Below, one piece after another: positions 42,862 through 53,062 of a DNA stretch of 64,000 bases. Position 1 is the stretch's first letter. Each line of letters starts with the position of its first letter. The DNA comes from Leptolyngbyaceae cyanobacterium (GTDB lineage: Bacteria > Cyanobacteriota > Cyanobacteriia > Phormidesmidales > Phormidesmidaceae): assembly GCA_965263355.1 (NCBI GenBank), contig CBDHHL010000056.1:1088001-1152000 (forward strand). Reading direction: 5' to 3'. The notes under the pieces are model-generated. The model was given only the letters and a program-made list of their open reading frames with translations. It searched no databases and had not been told where the DNA came from. Both the position numbers and the translations under genes were made by a program.

Positions 42862-45544
42862 TCACGGCTTTTTTGAGTTCTACGGCCCAAAAGCTGATAG
42901 TGCCGAGAAGAAGCGCGATCGCAACCTCCCCACCGCTCAATGGCACCGTTGAGAAAAATACCTGACATACCGGTACATAAATGACCACCAGCTGTAGACA
43001 AACCGTTAACAACACGGCCCCCAACAACTTTGTATTGGACAACAGCCCAATCCTAAATAGCGACTCCGATGACGATCGGACCGATTCCGACAGGGCAATC
43101 CGTGAGAACGCTAGGGTGGTAAACACAATGGTTTGCCAGGCAGGGTTGTTATCACTCCAGTAGTGATAGGCAACCAGAATTAAAACAACTCCCAACAGCA
43201 ATCCAATCCAAAGAATATCGGTACCCATACCCCGACTAAAAACACTCTCATTGGGCCGGTGAGGGGGGCGTTTCATTACCTGTCGCTCAGCCGGTTCAAA
43301 GCTCAAAGCCAGAGCTAGCAGACCATCTGCAATCAAATTTATCCACAAAATCTGAATTGGCACCAACGGAATGGGCATGCCTAAAAATGGGGCCAATAAC
43401 AATAACCATAGCTGCCCCACATTTCCCGCCAGGGTATATTTAATAAACTTACGAATGTTGTCATAAATGACGCGCCCTTCTCTGACAGCCGCCACAATTG
43501 ACGCAAAATTGTCATCTTGAAGCACAATGTCAGCGGCTTCTTTGGCCACATCAGTCCCCGTGATGCCCATGGCCACACCAATATCTGCCTGTTTTAGGGC
43601 CGGGGCGTCGTTCACCCCATCGCCAGTCATGGCCACTATGTGCCCATGACGTTGTAGCGCCTGAACAATTCTCAGTTTGTCCTCTGGGGTTACTCGGGCG
43701 TAAACACTGGTGTCAGTAACAGCGCTGTCTAACACTTCGACTGGCATTTTACCCAGAGCCTTGCCCGTTAACAATGTCTGACTGCCTATGCCAAGATCCT
43801 GGGCAATGTGCTGAGCCGTTAAGGGATGATCACCGGTAATCATAACGACCTGAATACCAGCTGTTTGACATAGATCAATGGCCTCTTTCACCTCTGGACG
43901 GGCGGGATCCATCAGCCCCAACATGCCGAGAAAGACCAGCTGTTTTTCTAGCTGCTCAGGGGGTGTTGACAGGGGGCGAAAGGCCAGCCCCAATACTCGC
44001 AATCCCCGGTTTGCCAGCTGATCATGGGTGGTCACAATGCGTTGGCGTAAGTCATCGGTAAGCACCTTTACCTGGCCATCAACCCAGGCCCGATCAAGGG
44101 TGGGCATTAGGCTATTTAAAGCGCCTTTGCTAAAGACAACGGTACGGGTATTAATGGGCACCACCTGTTGCCATAGTTGCTGTAGATGAGGGGGCAATGG
44201 TTGCTCACAACGATGATAGGTGGTCATCCGTTTGCGGGTGGAGTCAAAGGGCACCTCATCAATGCGGGGCCATAGTTGGTCAAGCTTATGTTTGGGTAAG
44301 CCCATTTGGGCGGCGGTGGTGACGAGAGCAGTTTCTGTGGGGTCACCAATGGCGTGATTATTGTCTAAAGACGCATCGTTACAAAGGGTACCGCTAAGCA
44401 ATAACAAGTTCAGGTCTGGAATCCCCATGGCCTGGTCAGTCGTCAGGTTGAGTTCTTGTCCAGCGATGGCTGCTACGGTCACAGTCATCCGGTTTTCAGT
44501 TAAGGTGCCGGTTTTGTCAGAACAAATGGTGGTGACTGACCCAAGGGTTTCTACGGCAGGTAGATGCCGAATCAGGGCATGGCGCTTGAGCATGCGTTCT
44601 GCCCCCAAAGCGAGGGCGATGGTAACTACCGCCGGTAGCCCCTCTGGCACAGCGGCAACGGCGACACTAACAGCGGTAAGCAGCATTTGGCGAGGGGGTT
44701 CTCCCTGTATCAGACCCATGGTGGCAATCACCAGGGAAATGGCAATGGCTCCGGCTCCGAGCACCTTACCTAGCTGGGTGAGGCGCTTTTGCAGGGGAGT
44801 AGCATCAGCCTCCACCGACTGCAACATGCAGGCAATGTGACCAATTTCTGTACCCATGCCGGTTTCGGTGACCATAAAGGTACCGCGTCCACGGGTAATG
44901 GTCGTGCTGTGGTAAACCATATTGCACCGATCGCCCAGGGGTTGCTCTTCGACAAATAGGGCCTCCGCTTGTTTATCCACAGGGACCGACTCGCCAGTCA
45001 AGGCAGATTCTTGCACCTGCAGGTTAATGCCTTCGATTAAACGGCCATCGGCGGGGACAATATTGCCCGCTTCTAATAGCACCAGATCGCCTCGCACAAG
45101 GCTCTCCATGGAACATTCCTGAATTTGGCCATCGCGTCGTACCCGCACCGTGGGTACGGCCAATTGTTTGAGGGCCGCCATAGCCCGCTCGGCTTTGCGC
45201 TCTTGGCGAAAACCGAGAACAGCATTAAAAATGACAATGGCGAGAATTGCGATCGCATCCCGTAAATCCCCCACTATCCAAGAAATAATGGCCGCCACCA
45301 GCAACATCACCACCAGAGGTTCACTAATTTGCGCCCAAAGCACTTGCCAGGGAGATTTTCCTGGAGCAGCGATTAACTCATTGGGGCCATCGTTTAGCAG
45401 CCGCTGTTGGGCAGCCGCTGTCGTCAATCCGTCCTTTAAATGGCTATTAACCTGTCGAGCTACGACATCGGTGCCAAGTTGATACCAGTGACTCACAGTG
45501 TTTTTTGGGGGGAATGGGCAGTGGGTGTTCTGCGCTTGACACAA
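42854..45544 (-). CDS. Cation-translocating P-type ATPase (type IIA, Ca2+/PacL-like)
   Basis: TGES, VPEGLP, DKTGTLT, TGDH, MTGDGVNDAPAL and QILWINL. Confidence 0.95.
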   Translation of the reverse strand: MCQAQNTHCPFPPKNTVSHWYQLGTDVVARQVNSHLKDGLTTAAAQQRLLNDGPNELIAAPGKSPWQVLWAQISEPLVVMLLVAAIISWIVGDLRDAIAILAIVIFNAVLGFRQERKAERAMAALKQLAVPTVRVRRDGQIQECSMESLVRGDLVLLEAGNIVPADGRLIEGINLQVQESALTGESVPVDKQAEALFVEEQPLGDRCNMVYHSTTITRGRGTFMVTETGMGTEIGHIACMLQSVEADATPLQKRLTQLGKVLGAGAIAISLVIATMGLIQGEPPRQMLLTAVSVAVAAVPEGLPAVVTIALALGAERMLKRHALIRHLPAVETLGSVTTICSDKTGTLTENRMTVTVAAIAGQELNLTTDQAMGIPDLNLLLLSGTLCNDASLDNNHAIGDPTETALVTTAAQMGLPKHKLDQLWPRIDEVPFDSTRKRMTTYHRCEQPLPPHLQQLWQQVVPINTRTVVFSKGALNSLMPTLDRAWVDGQVKVLTDDLRQRIVTTHDQLANRGLRVLGLAFRPLSTPPEQLEKQLVFLGMLGLMDPARPEVKEAIDLCQTAGIQVVMITGDHPLTAQHIAQDLGIGSQTLLTGKALGKMPVEVLDSAVTDTSVYARVTPEDKLRIVQALQRHGHIVAMTGDGVNDAPALKQADIGVAMGITGTDVAKEAADIVLQDDNFASIVAAVREGRVIYDNIRKFIKYTLAGNVGQLWLLLLAPFLGMPIPLVPIQILWINLIADGLLALALSFEPAERQVMKRPPHRPNESVFSRGMGTDILWIGLLLGVVLILVAYHYWSDNNPAWQTIVFTTLAFSRIALSESVRSSSESLFRIGLLSNTKLLGAVLLTVCLQLVVIYVPVCQVFFSTVPLSGGEVAIALLLGTISFWAVELKKAVIK

Positions 45545-45595
45545 TACTAGTGTAACGCTACCGCACAGTGTAGTTTTTGACCTTATGGGGAGAAT

Positions 45596-45635
45596 AAAAA
45601 GCTTCAGCGAAATCTGTACCTCGCTGAAGCTTTTT
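45596..45635 (-). terminator. Rho-independent terminator-like hairpin
   Basis: AAAAAGCTTCAGCGA-10 nt-TCGCTGAAGCTTTTT downstream of the 45746-46306 gene. Confidence 0.75.
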
Positions 45636-45745
45636 GTTGATGTTTGACTGTTGCAATCAATGGGTATTGATCCAATGCGGATTGTTTACCCACTGCCCCT
45701 GATCATTGGGGACTCTACTTTTAGCTCGCCCTTTGGCTGATGCCC

Positions 45746-46306
45746 TTAATTTTGATATAGCACAATTGACTGATCAGGCTCAATCACGACTACGGTAGGG
45801 GCTGTAACATTACCGACAACCACACCAGCGGCAGCACCACCTAATATTTCTAGGAAGTCTACATCCCCCAAGATTTCGCCAATAATGAGACCACCAGCAG
45901 CACCAATGGCTGCATCTTCAATAATATCGTCAACGTCAGTTTGGCGAGGATCTTTTCGGTCGGTAAGCGTCTCAGAGACAGCACTGAGGTCAAAAATTCG
46001 GTCGCCGACTTCTGCAGAATCGGCAACATAGCGCAGACCTCCATCCACGGGTTCAAACTGCCCGCGAATAATGCTACCCTCTGGTAAAAAGCGACCATTT
46101 ACGGCGGTGCGATCCTCTAGTATCAGGTTATATTCATGGACCGCATTCTTGTCTAGATAAAGAGTTTCATCACTGCGGATAACGGTGTTTAAAGGGTCTG
46201 TTGCCTGGGCAACAATAACTGGCTCAGCGACAGTCTCCTGAGCTAACACGGGACTAACAATAGCACCGAGAGAAATGAGTGTACTAGCAATTGCAACAGC
46301 CTTCAT
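45746..46306 (-). CDS. Exported hypothetical protein with glycine-zipper segment
   Basis: Signal peptide MKAVAIA...VLA; GAAGG..IG and GGAAAG zipper. Confidence 0.75.
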   Translation of the reverse strand: MKAVAIASTLISLGAIVSPVLAQETVAEPVIVAQATDPLNTVIRSDETLYLDKNAVHEYNLILEDRTAVNGRFLPEGSIIRGQFEPVDGGLRYVADSAEVGDRIFDLSAVSETLTDRKDPRQTDVDDIIEDAAIGAAGGLIIGEILGDVDFLEILGGAAAGVVVGNVTAPTVVVIEPDQSIVLYQN

Positions 46307-46457
46307 AGTGGATACCCCCACAGATTACTTGACTTGTTCTGGCAGATTGTTAATTTAGTAGCACCGATCTGTATGACCAGAACAAATTGATTAAACCAAT
46401 CTAAACCGCAAACAAACAGATAACTATGACAGTTGAAATGCTGTCATAGCTACTCGT

Positions 46458-46498
46458 TTAGAGATTTCTATAAAGTTGGCTTAGAGATTTCTACAAAG
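46458..46498. promoter_or_regulatory. 18-bp direct repeat with 23-bp period
   Basis: TTAGAGATTTCTA(T/C)AAAG at 46458 and 46481. Confidence 0.4.
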
Positions 46499-46512
46499 CT
46501 AGATTGCATCTG

Positions 46513-47169
46513 TTACAGGTTTGCTAGAAATGCACCAATTTGGTCTAAGAAGATAGGATTGTACGCCGCCAGTACACCGCCGAAGAAACCAAACATGTGA
46601 GCTTCCCATGACAAGGTGGTCTTCTCAGAATCAGGTAGCATGGTCGAAACCTGATCGCCATAGAGCAACATGACAACAAATGCTAAGCCAATGGTCATTA
46701 GGGTAACTTCAAGATACCCCCGAGCAATTAAATATCCTAAATATCCAAAAATTAAACCACTTGCCCCCAAATGAATGGCAGAACGGCCAAAAAGCCAAGT
46801 TCCTAAACCACTGACCAATACAATAGCGGCGCTTAGGGCATAAAAATTATCTACACCCTGCAATAGTACTAACCAGCCCAAAATGGCAAAAGGCAATGTA
46901 TTGGCAATTAAATGCCCTGCATTGCGATGGAGAAAGGGTGAAAACAAAATACCGAGTAACCCCAACGCCTCACGGGGACGAATGCCCAGTAACCGATTTA
47001 ACCCCCCCCCTAGATAGGCAAAGTTGACAATGCCCACTACCCAAGCCATGACAATACAGTCTCGCAAGACTTTTGCTTGGGTTTGCCAGTCAATAGGTAC
47101 AAACATTGAGACAATGACTGTGCCCAAGATCATATAGATAAGGACCAGCTGCTGCTTTACCCCTGTCAT
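46513..47169 (-). CDS. Rhomboid family intramembrane serine protease
   Basis: PFLH...HLIAN, GASG catalytic Ser and WEAH.FG catalytic His. Confidence 0.9.
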   Translation of the reverse strand: MTGVKQQLVLIYMILGTVIVSMFVPIDWQTQAKVLRDCIVMAWVVGIVNFAYLGGGLNRLLGIRPREALGLLGILFSPFLHRNAGHLIANTLPFAILGWLVLLQGVDNFYALSAAIVLVSGLGTWLFGRSAIHLGASGLIFGYLGYLIARGYLEVTLMTIGLAFVVMLLYGDQVSTMLPDSEKTTLSWEAHMFGFFGGVLAAYNPIFLDQIGAFLANL

Positions 47170-47551
47170 GACAGAAAACCTGCTGCTACAAACTTTTCGA
47201 CTTTTTAGATCCAAATAAATTCGAAAGCGTAGAGCACCCTGGTCATACCTCAAGGTAATGAGATATGGCTACGTAAGTAGACGGTTATACTTAATTTTAC
47301 TTAGTTTTCTGTAAAAAACGCACAAAAACTTTGATGCTTAAACAAAAGTCAATATGAACACAGGGATAGCAGGCATTGCGATTGCTTGTACCACATGGTG
47401 TGGATGTTCTAAGTGTTTTGTGATACTCACTAACCCTAATAGTGTACGAGTGCTAGCTGAGAATGACCGTCTGCTTTTAGGATGGAGTAGGTGACGGAGT
47501 AAATGACATCGAAGCCTGGAACCATTTGGACATTTCACGCGTGGAAAAAGG

Positions 47552-48121
47552 ATGAACGTAAAATCGTTGGCAACGGGGCTTGGTGCCGTACTGCTATTGT
47601 TATTGGGGATGTTAAGTTTTGCGCCTGCTAGCTGGGCGTATGTCCAAGACGATGTGGATATGCTGCTAGAGCTTAAGGACTGTCCAGTTTGTGTGCTCAA
47701 TGAAGCTGATTTGTCGGGGGAAGATTTTTCCAAGGTCAATCTCAAAGTGGCAGAACTAACGGCTGCAAATTTGAGTCACACCGATTTACAACAAGCAAAT
47801 CTAATGCTGGCAGAACTCAAGCAGGCTGACTTGACTCAAGCTAACCTTAAAGGAGCTTCTATGAACGGTGCACGTCTACAGGGAGCCAACCTGAGTGGGG
47901 CTAATCTGACTGGCGCAGTGTTGACCCAGGCAAATATGGCAGGGGCTAATTTCCAGGGTGCCAATCTGGAGAATGCAGAGCTGACGGCAGCGGTGATTGG
48001 TGATGCTGATTGGCGAGGTGCCAATCTTAAAGGAGCTAATTTGCGGGGTGCTATTTGGTCAGAGGCGATCGTTTGTGACACGGTGCTGCCCGATGGTAGC
48101 GTTGGCGATCGCAACTGCTAG
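47552..48121 (+). CDS. Exported pentapeptide-repeat protein
   Basis: Signal peptide, C..C, and A(N/D)Lxx repeats. Confidence 0.92.
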   Translation: MNVKSLATGLGAVLLLLLGMLSFAPASWAYVQDDVDMLLELKDCPVCVLNEADLSGEDFSKVNLKVAELTAANLSHTDLQQANLMLAELKQADLTQANLKGASMNGARLQGANLSGANLTGAVLTQANMAGANFQGANLENAELTAAVIGDADWRGANLKGANLRGAIWSEAIVCDTVLPDGSVGDRNC

Positions 48122-48187
48122 ATCCCTAAACAAGCGCAGCCACGTTTAAGCCATGTCGTTGCGTTTGCCTAGTTTTACTGCCAAACC

Positions 48188-48880
48188 ATGAGCCAAATCA
48201 CCCTAAATCTCATCGCTATCTCGGTTTTTTCGGTAACAATGCTGATTTTGCTGGGCCCTCTGTTGTCGATTTCGCCGGAGGGTCTGGCTACAGTGACAGC
48301 TAGTTTGCTGGGGCTGTTAGCAATTGATCAACTAGGCTGGCAAGGACGTGGGGGTCGATTGCTAATAGATTGGCTATCGCAACGGTCGCCGGAATATTGC
48401 GATCGCATCGCGCGCCATGAAGCCGGACATTTCCTCACCGCCTACCTGCTCGGTATTCCCATCGACACCTATACCCTGACCGCTTGGGAGGCCTTACAGT
48501 CTGGTGTCAACGGCAATGGTGGCGTCATCTTCAAAACCGACAACATTGACCGAGCCATTGACATCGGTAAAATCAGTCAACAAGAAATTGACCGCTATTG
48601 CACCGTTTGGATGGCAGGCATTGCCGCCGAAGAAATCACCTACGGCACAGCCCAGGGCGGACAGGACGACCGCTTAAAACTAAACCTGCTATGGCAGCAA
48701 ATGAACCGCCCCCTGGCAGAAGTGCCTCTAAAGCAACGCTGGTCTATGCTACAAGCCAAAACCCTAATCGAAAAGCAACCCGTTGCCTACAGTGCCCTGG
48801 TTAATGCCATGGTCGATCGTCGTCCAGTAAGTGAATGTTGCGAGCTAATCGAACAACATTTGCAATCAGCAAACATATAA
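48188..48880 (+). CDS. M41-like Zn metalloprotease without ATPase domain
   Basis: Two TMs; HEAGH, AGIAAE and GG.DD motifs. Confidence 0.85.
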   Translation: MSQITLNLIAISVFSVTMLILLGPLLSISPEGLATVTASLLGLLAIDQLGWQGRGGRLLIDWLSQRSPEYCDRIARHEAGHFLTAYLLGIPIDTYTLTAWEALQSGVNGNGGVIFKTDNIDRAIDIGKISQQEIDRYCTVWMAGIAAEEITYGTAQGGQDDRLKLNLLWQQMNRPLAEVPLKQRWSMLQAKTLIEKQPVAYSALVNAMVDRRPVSECCELIEQHLQSANI

Positions 48881-49013
48881 GCAAAAGCCACTAACAACTT
48901 TGAGACAACATCGTTCAGAATAGTAAAACCACAAACCGCTGGTTTCTCATTTCCCATTGATTAATCAGCCCGTCCGCAAACCTAAGTCCGCCAAGCGCGT
49001 TCCCCAAAAAACA

Positions 49014-51653
49014 ATGCCTAAGTCAAAACCTGGGTTAAAAAAAACCGTCACCACTGGCGCTGGAATCCGCCAAGCCTTTCTCAAATTCTACGAAGACAAA
49101 GGCCACACCATCATGCCCAGCGCCTCGTTAGTGCCCGAAGACCCCACGGTTTTGCTCACCATCGCAGGCATGTTGCCCTTTAAGCCTATTTTTCTAGGCC
49201 AGCGCAAGGCCCCCGTAGACCGAGCAACAACGTCTCAAAAATGCATTCGCACCAACGACATTGAAAACGTAGGCCGCACCGCCCGCCACCACACATTCTT
49301 TGAAATGCTAGGCAACTTTAGCTTTGGCGACTATTTCAAAGAACAAGCCGTTGCCTGGGCCTGGGAGCTATCCACCCAAGTCTTTAAGCTAGACCCCAAA
49401 AATCTAATCGTCAGCGTCTTCCGAGAAGATGACGACGCCTATGACATCTGGCGAGACCAGGTGGGCGTCCCCGAAAAACGCATCATCCGCATGGATGAAG
49501 AAGACAACTTCTGGACCTCTGGCCCCACCGGTCCCTGTGGTCCCTGTTCTGAAATTTACTACGACTTCCATCCAGAGCTAGGGGACGACGACATTGATTT
49601 AGAAGACGATACCCGGTTTATCGAGTTCTATAACCTGGTATTTATGCAATACAACCGGGATGCCGACGGCAACCTCACACCGCTCCAAGCCCAGAACATC
49701 GATACTGGCATGGGGCTAGAGCGCATGGCTCAAATTCTTCAGAAAAAACCCAATAACTACGAAACCGACCTCATTTTCCCAATTATCCAAACCGCCGCAG
49801 ATATCGCTAAGGTGGACTACTTCAAGCAGAACGATACGGCTCAAGTCTCCCTCAAGGTGATTGGTGACCACGTGCGGTCTGTGGTGCACATGATTTCCGA
49901 TGGCATCACCGCCTCCAATGTGGGTCGCGGCTATATTTTGCGCCGATTGATCCGGCGGGTAGTACGCCATGGGCGGTTGCTGGGCATCGAAGGTCCCTTT
50001 ATTAATGAAGTAGCGGAGAGTGCTATTACCCTGTGCGAATCCGCCTATCCAGACCTGCGAGAGCGTGAAGCCATTATCAAAGCCGAGCTAAAGCGCGAAG
50101 AAGACCAGTTTCTCAAAACCCTGGAGCGGGGTGAAAAGCTGCTGGCCGAGATTCTAGAGCAAAAGCCAACGCAAATTTCTGGTGAAGACGCCTTCAAGCT
50201 ATTTGATACCTTTGGTTTCCCCCTAGAACTCACCCAGGAAATTGCCGAAGAAAACGACCTGACCGTTGATGTAGCGGGCTTTGAACAAGAAATGGAGGCC
50301 CAGCGTGAGCGCTCCAAGAGTGCCCATGAAACCATCGATCTACTGGCCCAGGGCAGCCTTAGCAAGTTGGGTATCGACTCCACCGATTTTCTTGGCTACA
50401 CCGATGTCACCAGTCACAGTGTTGTCAAAGCCATTTTAGTCAATGGCGAGACGGTCGATACCGCTGAAGCTGGCACCGACGTACAGCTTGTACTCGATAA
50501 AACACCCTTCTATGCCGAGTCCGGTGGTCAGATCGGTGACCGAGGTTTTCTCTCAGGCGACACCCTGGTAGTACGCATCGAAGATGTCCAAAAAGACAAC
50601 AATCTGTTTATCCATGTGGGTCGGGTAGAGCGGGGCACGCTGACCATTGACGATAGCGTTAGCGCTCAAATCGACCGTGCCTGCCGTCGTCGCGCCCAGG
50701 CCAACCACAGTGCTACCCACCTGCTCCAGTCCGCCCTCAAAAAGCTAGTAGATGACAGCATTTCCCAGGCCGGTTCCTTAGTTAGCTTTGACCGGCTGCG
50801 GTTTGACTGTAACTGTCCCCGTGCCCTCACCCCAGACGAAGTGCAACAGGTAGAAGCCCAGGTCAATACCTGGATTGCCGAAGCCCACGATGCCCAGGTG
50901 GAGGTAATGCCCATTGACGATGCTAAAGCCAGGGGCGCGACTGCTATGTTTGGAGAAAAATATGGCGATGAGGTGCGGGTAATTGATTTCCCTGGCGTTT
51001 CCATGGAACTGTGCGGCGGCACCCATGTGGGCAATACCGCTGAGATCGGCGTGTTTAAGATTATTTCTGAGACGGGCATTGCAGCCGGTGTACGGCGCAT
51101 AGAAGCAGTCGCCGGACCGGCGGTGCTGGAGTACTTAAATGTGCGCGACCAGATTGTGAAGGATCTAAGCGATACGTTTAAGGCCAAGCCCGAGGAGCTG
51201 GTGGACCGGATTACCAATCTGCAAACTGAGCTAAAGGCTACTCAAAAAACAGTGGATGGTCTGAAGTCAGAGTTGGCATTGTTAAAATCTGACCAGTTGC
51301 TAGACCAGGCAGAGACCATGGGTGATTTTCAGGTACTGGTGGCCAATATGGGCGAAGTGGATGCCGACTCCCTAAAAACAGCAGCCGAGCGTTTGCTGCA
51401 GAAGTTAGGCGATGGTGCGGTGGTATTGGGCTCTATTCCAGCGGAGGGTAAGGTAAGCCTGGTGGCAGCGTTTAGTAAACCTGCCATGGACAAGGGGTTA
51501 AAAGCAGGCAAGTTTATTGGCGGTATTGCCAAGATTACCGGCGGCGGCGGCGGCGGTCGGCCTAATTTTGCGCAAGCGGGTGGTCGTGATGCATCAAAAT
51601 TGCCCGAAGCGTTGGAGACAGCCAAAGAACAGTTACAAGAGGCATTAGCGTAG
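49014..51653 (+). CDS. alaS: Alanine--tRNA ligase
   Basis: [36 protein letters not shown] and [11 protein letters not shown] at 49014 preferred. Confidence 0.98.
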   Translation: MPKSKPGLKKTVTTGAGIRQAFLKFYEDKGHTIMPSASLVPEDPTVLLTIAGMLPFKPIFLGQRKAPVDRATTSQKCIRTNDIENVGRTARHHTFFEMLGNFSFGDYFKEQAVAWAWELSTQVFKLDPKNLIVSVFREDDDAYDIWRDQVGVPEKRIIRMDEEDNFWTSGPTGPCGPCSEIYYDFHPELGDDDIDLEDDTRFIEFYNLVFMQYNRDADGNLTPLQAQNIDTGMGLERMAQILQKKPNNYETDLIFPIIQTAADIAKVDYFKQNDTAQVSLKVIGDHVRSVVHMISDGITASNVGRGYILRRLIRRVVRHGRLLGIEGPFINEVAESAITLCESAYPDLREREAIIKAELKREEDQFLKTLERGEKLLAEILEQKPTQISGEDAFKLFDTFGFPLELTQEIAEENDLTVDVAGFEQEMEAQRERSKSAHETIDLLAQGSLSKLGIDSTDFLGYTDVTSHSVVKAILVNGETVDTAEAGTDVQLVLDKTPFYAESGGQIGDRGFLSGDTLVVRIEDVQKDNNLFIHVGRVERGTLTIDDSVSAQIDRACRRRAQANHSATHLLQSALKKLVDDSISQAGSLVSFDRLRFDCNCPRALTPDEVQQVEAQVNTWIAEAHDAQVEVMPIDDAKARGATAMFGEKYGDEVRVIDFPGVSMELCGGTHVGNTAEIGVFKIISETGIAAGVRRIEAVAGPAVLEYLNVRDQIVKDLSDTFKAKPEELVDRITNLQTELKATQKTVDGLKSELALLKSDQLLDQAETMGDFQVLVANMGEVDADSLKTAAERLLQKLGDGAVVLGSIPAEGKVSLVAAFSKPAMDKGLKAGKFIGGIAKITGGGGGGRPNFAQAGGRDASKLPEALETAKEQLQEALA

Positions 51654-51673
51654 GGTGCGATGCATCGCACCCT
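51650..51673. repeat. GTAG-type palindrome overlapping the alaS stop
   Basis: AGGGTGCGATGCATCGCACCCT perfect 22-bp palindrome at 51652-51673. Confidence 0.65.
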
Positions 51674-51715
51674 CCAGAATTTGGCGCTATCGGTTAACCC
51701 TCATCCCCTACGATT

Positions 51716-52117
51716 ATGCAACTACCGCCCGATGAAGACTCTCGTCTGACTATTAACATCGTGCCGATGATCGATGTGGTGTTTGCCATTCTGGCGTTTT
51801 TTATTTTATCTACGCTGTATCTAACGCGGGCGGAGGGGTTGCCGGTGACGCTACCGACGGCGGTTACCTCGGTCAGTCAGGATGAGGCGGCGCTAACGTT
51901 GACGATTACGGCGGATGGGGATCTTTATTTGGGGGATGAGCCAGTGACCCTGGAGAATTTGACGGGAGATGTGCAAGCCCTGATTGCACCGGGGCAGCCC
52001 GCCATGGTGACAGTTAAAGCGGATGCGGCAACGCCCCATGGGCAGGTGGTGGCGGTGATGGATCGAATTCGTACCGTCGAGGGTGTACGATTGGGTATTG
52101 CCACCCAACAACCGTAG
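51716..52117 (+). CDS. exbD: Biopolymer transporter ExbD/TolR family
   Basis: INIVPMIDVVFAILAFFI TM motif; V.LP.A; KAD...HG.VV.VMD. Confidence 0.9.
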   Translation: MQLPPDEDSRLTINIVPMIDVVFAILAFFILSTLYLTRAEGLPVTLPTAVTSVSQDEAALTLTITADGDLYLGDEPVTLENLTGDVQALIAPGQPAMVTVKADAATPHGQVVAVMDRIRTVEGVRLGIATQQP

Positions 52118-52221
52118 GGTGGGCACGGCCCACCATTTACACACCATTTTCAATCACATATTGAAATGGCACAATATTCTCTCTGACTTATGTATACACC
52201 GTAGCCCCTTGTGGGTGCCCT
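52114..52221. repeat. REP-like GTAG hairpins
   Basis: GTAGGGTGGGCACGGCCCACC at 52114; GTAGCCCCTTGTGGGTGCCCT at 52201, resembling the reverse complement of the 9055 repeat. Confidence 0.55.
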
Positions 52222-52272
52222 GGATACCTATGGGATGGTCCAATCGTTGATTAGCACGCCATGGAAAACCAA

Positions 52273-52833
52273 TTAATTCATTCTTAACAAGTTAAACAGC
52301 TGAGTAGACGTTATATCCAAATCGATACTATCAGGGACGGTCAGTGTGGCGTCCCCTTCATAGAAACTGGGGAGTTGGTTGGGCTGGTAGACAGCCACTG
52401 ATCGATCAGCTGGATCGATTAGCCAGCCAAGGGAACAACCATGTTGCAAACAATAAACGATATTGTCTACGACCCGGTTGGGTGACTGGTCAGGAGAGAG
52501 AATTTCAATGGTCCAATCGGGCGGGCGGATAACGTTATCAAAGGGTTCTCCATTGGTATCTAGGTCGATGTTTTGCCAGTAAAAAACGGCGATATCTGGG
52601 ACAATGGAACGGGTATCAAAGCTGCAACGTAGTTCTGGAAAGGCATAGGCTATTTGGACGGCTTCGGTGACAGCGTTAATGGTATTGCAGAGTTTAAGCT
52701 GTAGGCGGCTATGTTTGCCTTTGGGCATGACCTTTTGACTGATTTTGCCATCTACAAATTCACTGGCGGGGGTGGTCTCCGGCAGTGCTAGGAAGTCGTT
52801 GAGGGTAAGGGGTTTGGGGATGGCTTGGGTCAT
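52273..52833 (-). CDS. Uma2 family endonuclease
   Basis: LPETTPASE, VPDIAV, PDWTIEILSPDQ and GWLIDP; ATG at 52833. Confidence 0.9.
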   Translation of the reverse strand: MTQAIPKPLTLNDFLALPETTPASEFVDGKISQKVMPKGKHSRLQLKLCNTINAVTEAVQIAYAFPELRCSFDTRSIVPDIAVFYWQNIDLDTNGEPFDNVIRPPDWTIEILSPDQSPNRVVDNIVYCLQHGCSLGWLIDPADRSVAVYQPNQLPSFYEGDATLTVPDSIDLDITSTQLFNLLRMN

Positions 52834-53062
52834 GGTGTCATGGTGGAGCCATGGTGGAATGTAGGTGCATTGTATCGCAGCGAATGGTGAGCAGACGCAG
52901 GGTGGGCAGGCTCGATACCCTATGTTTATTGCCAATGGTTACATCTGCCCACCGTTTTCCCATGGTTGAGTTAGGTGCGATAAACATTATCGATGATGGT
53001 GGGCAAGCTTAGACATTGGTGGTGATACAACAGATATCTATAGGAGGTACCCACCCTACTGG

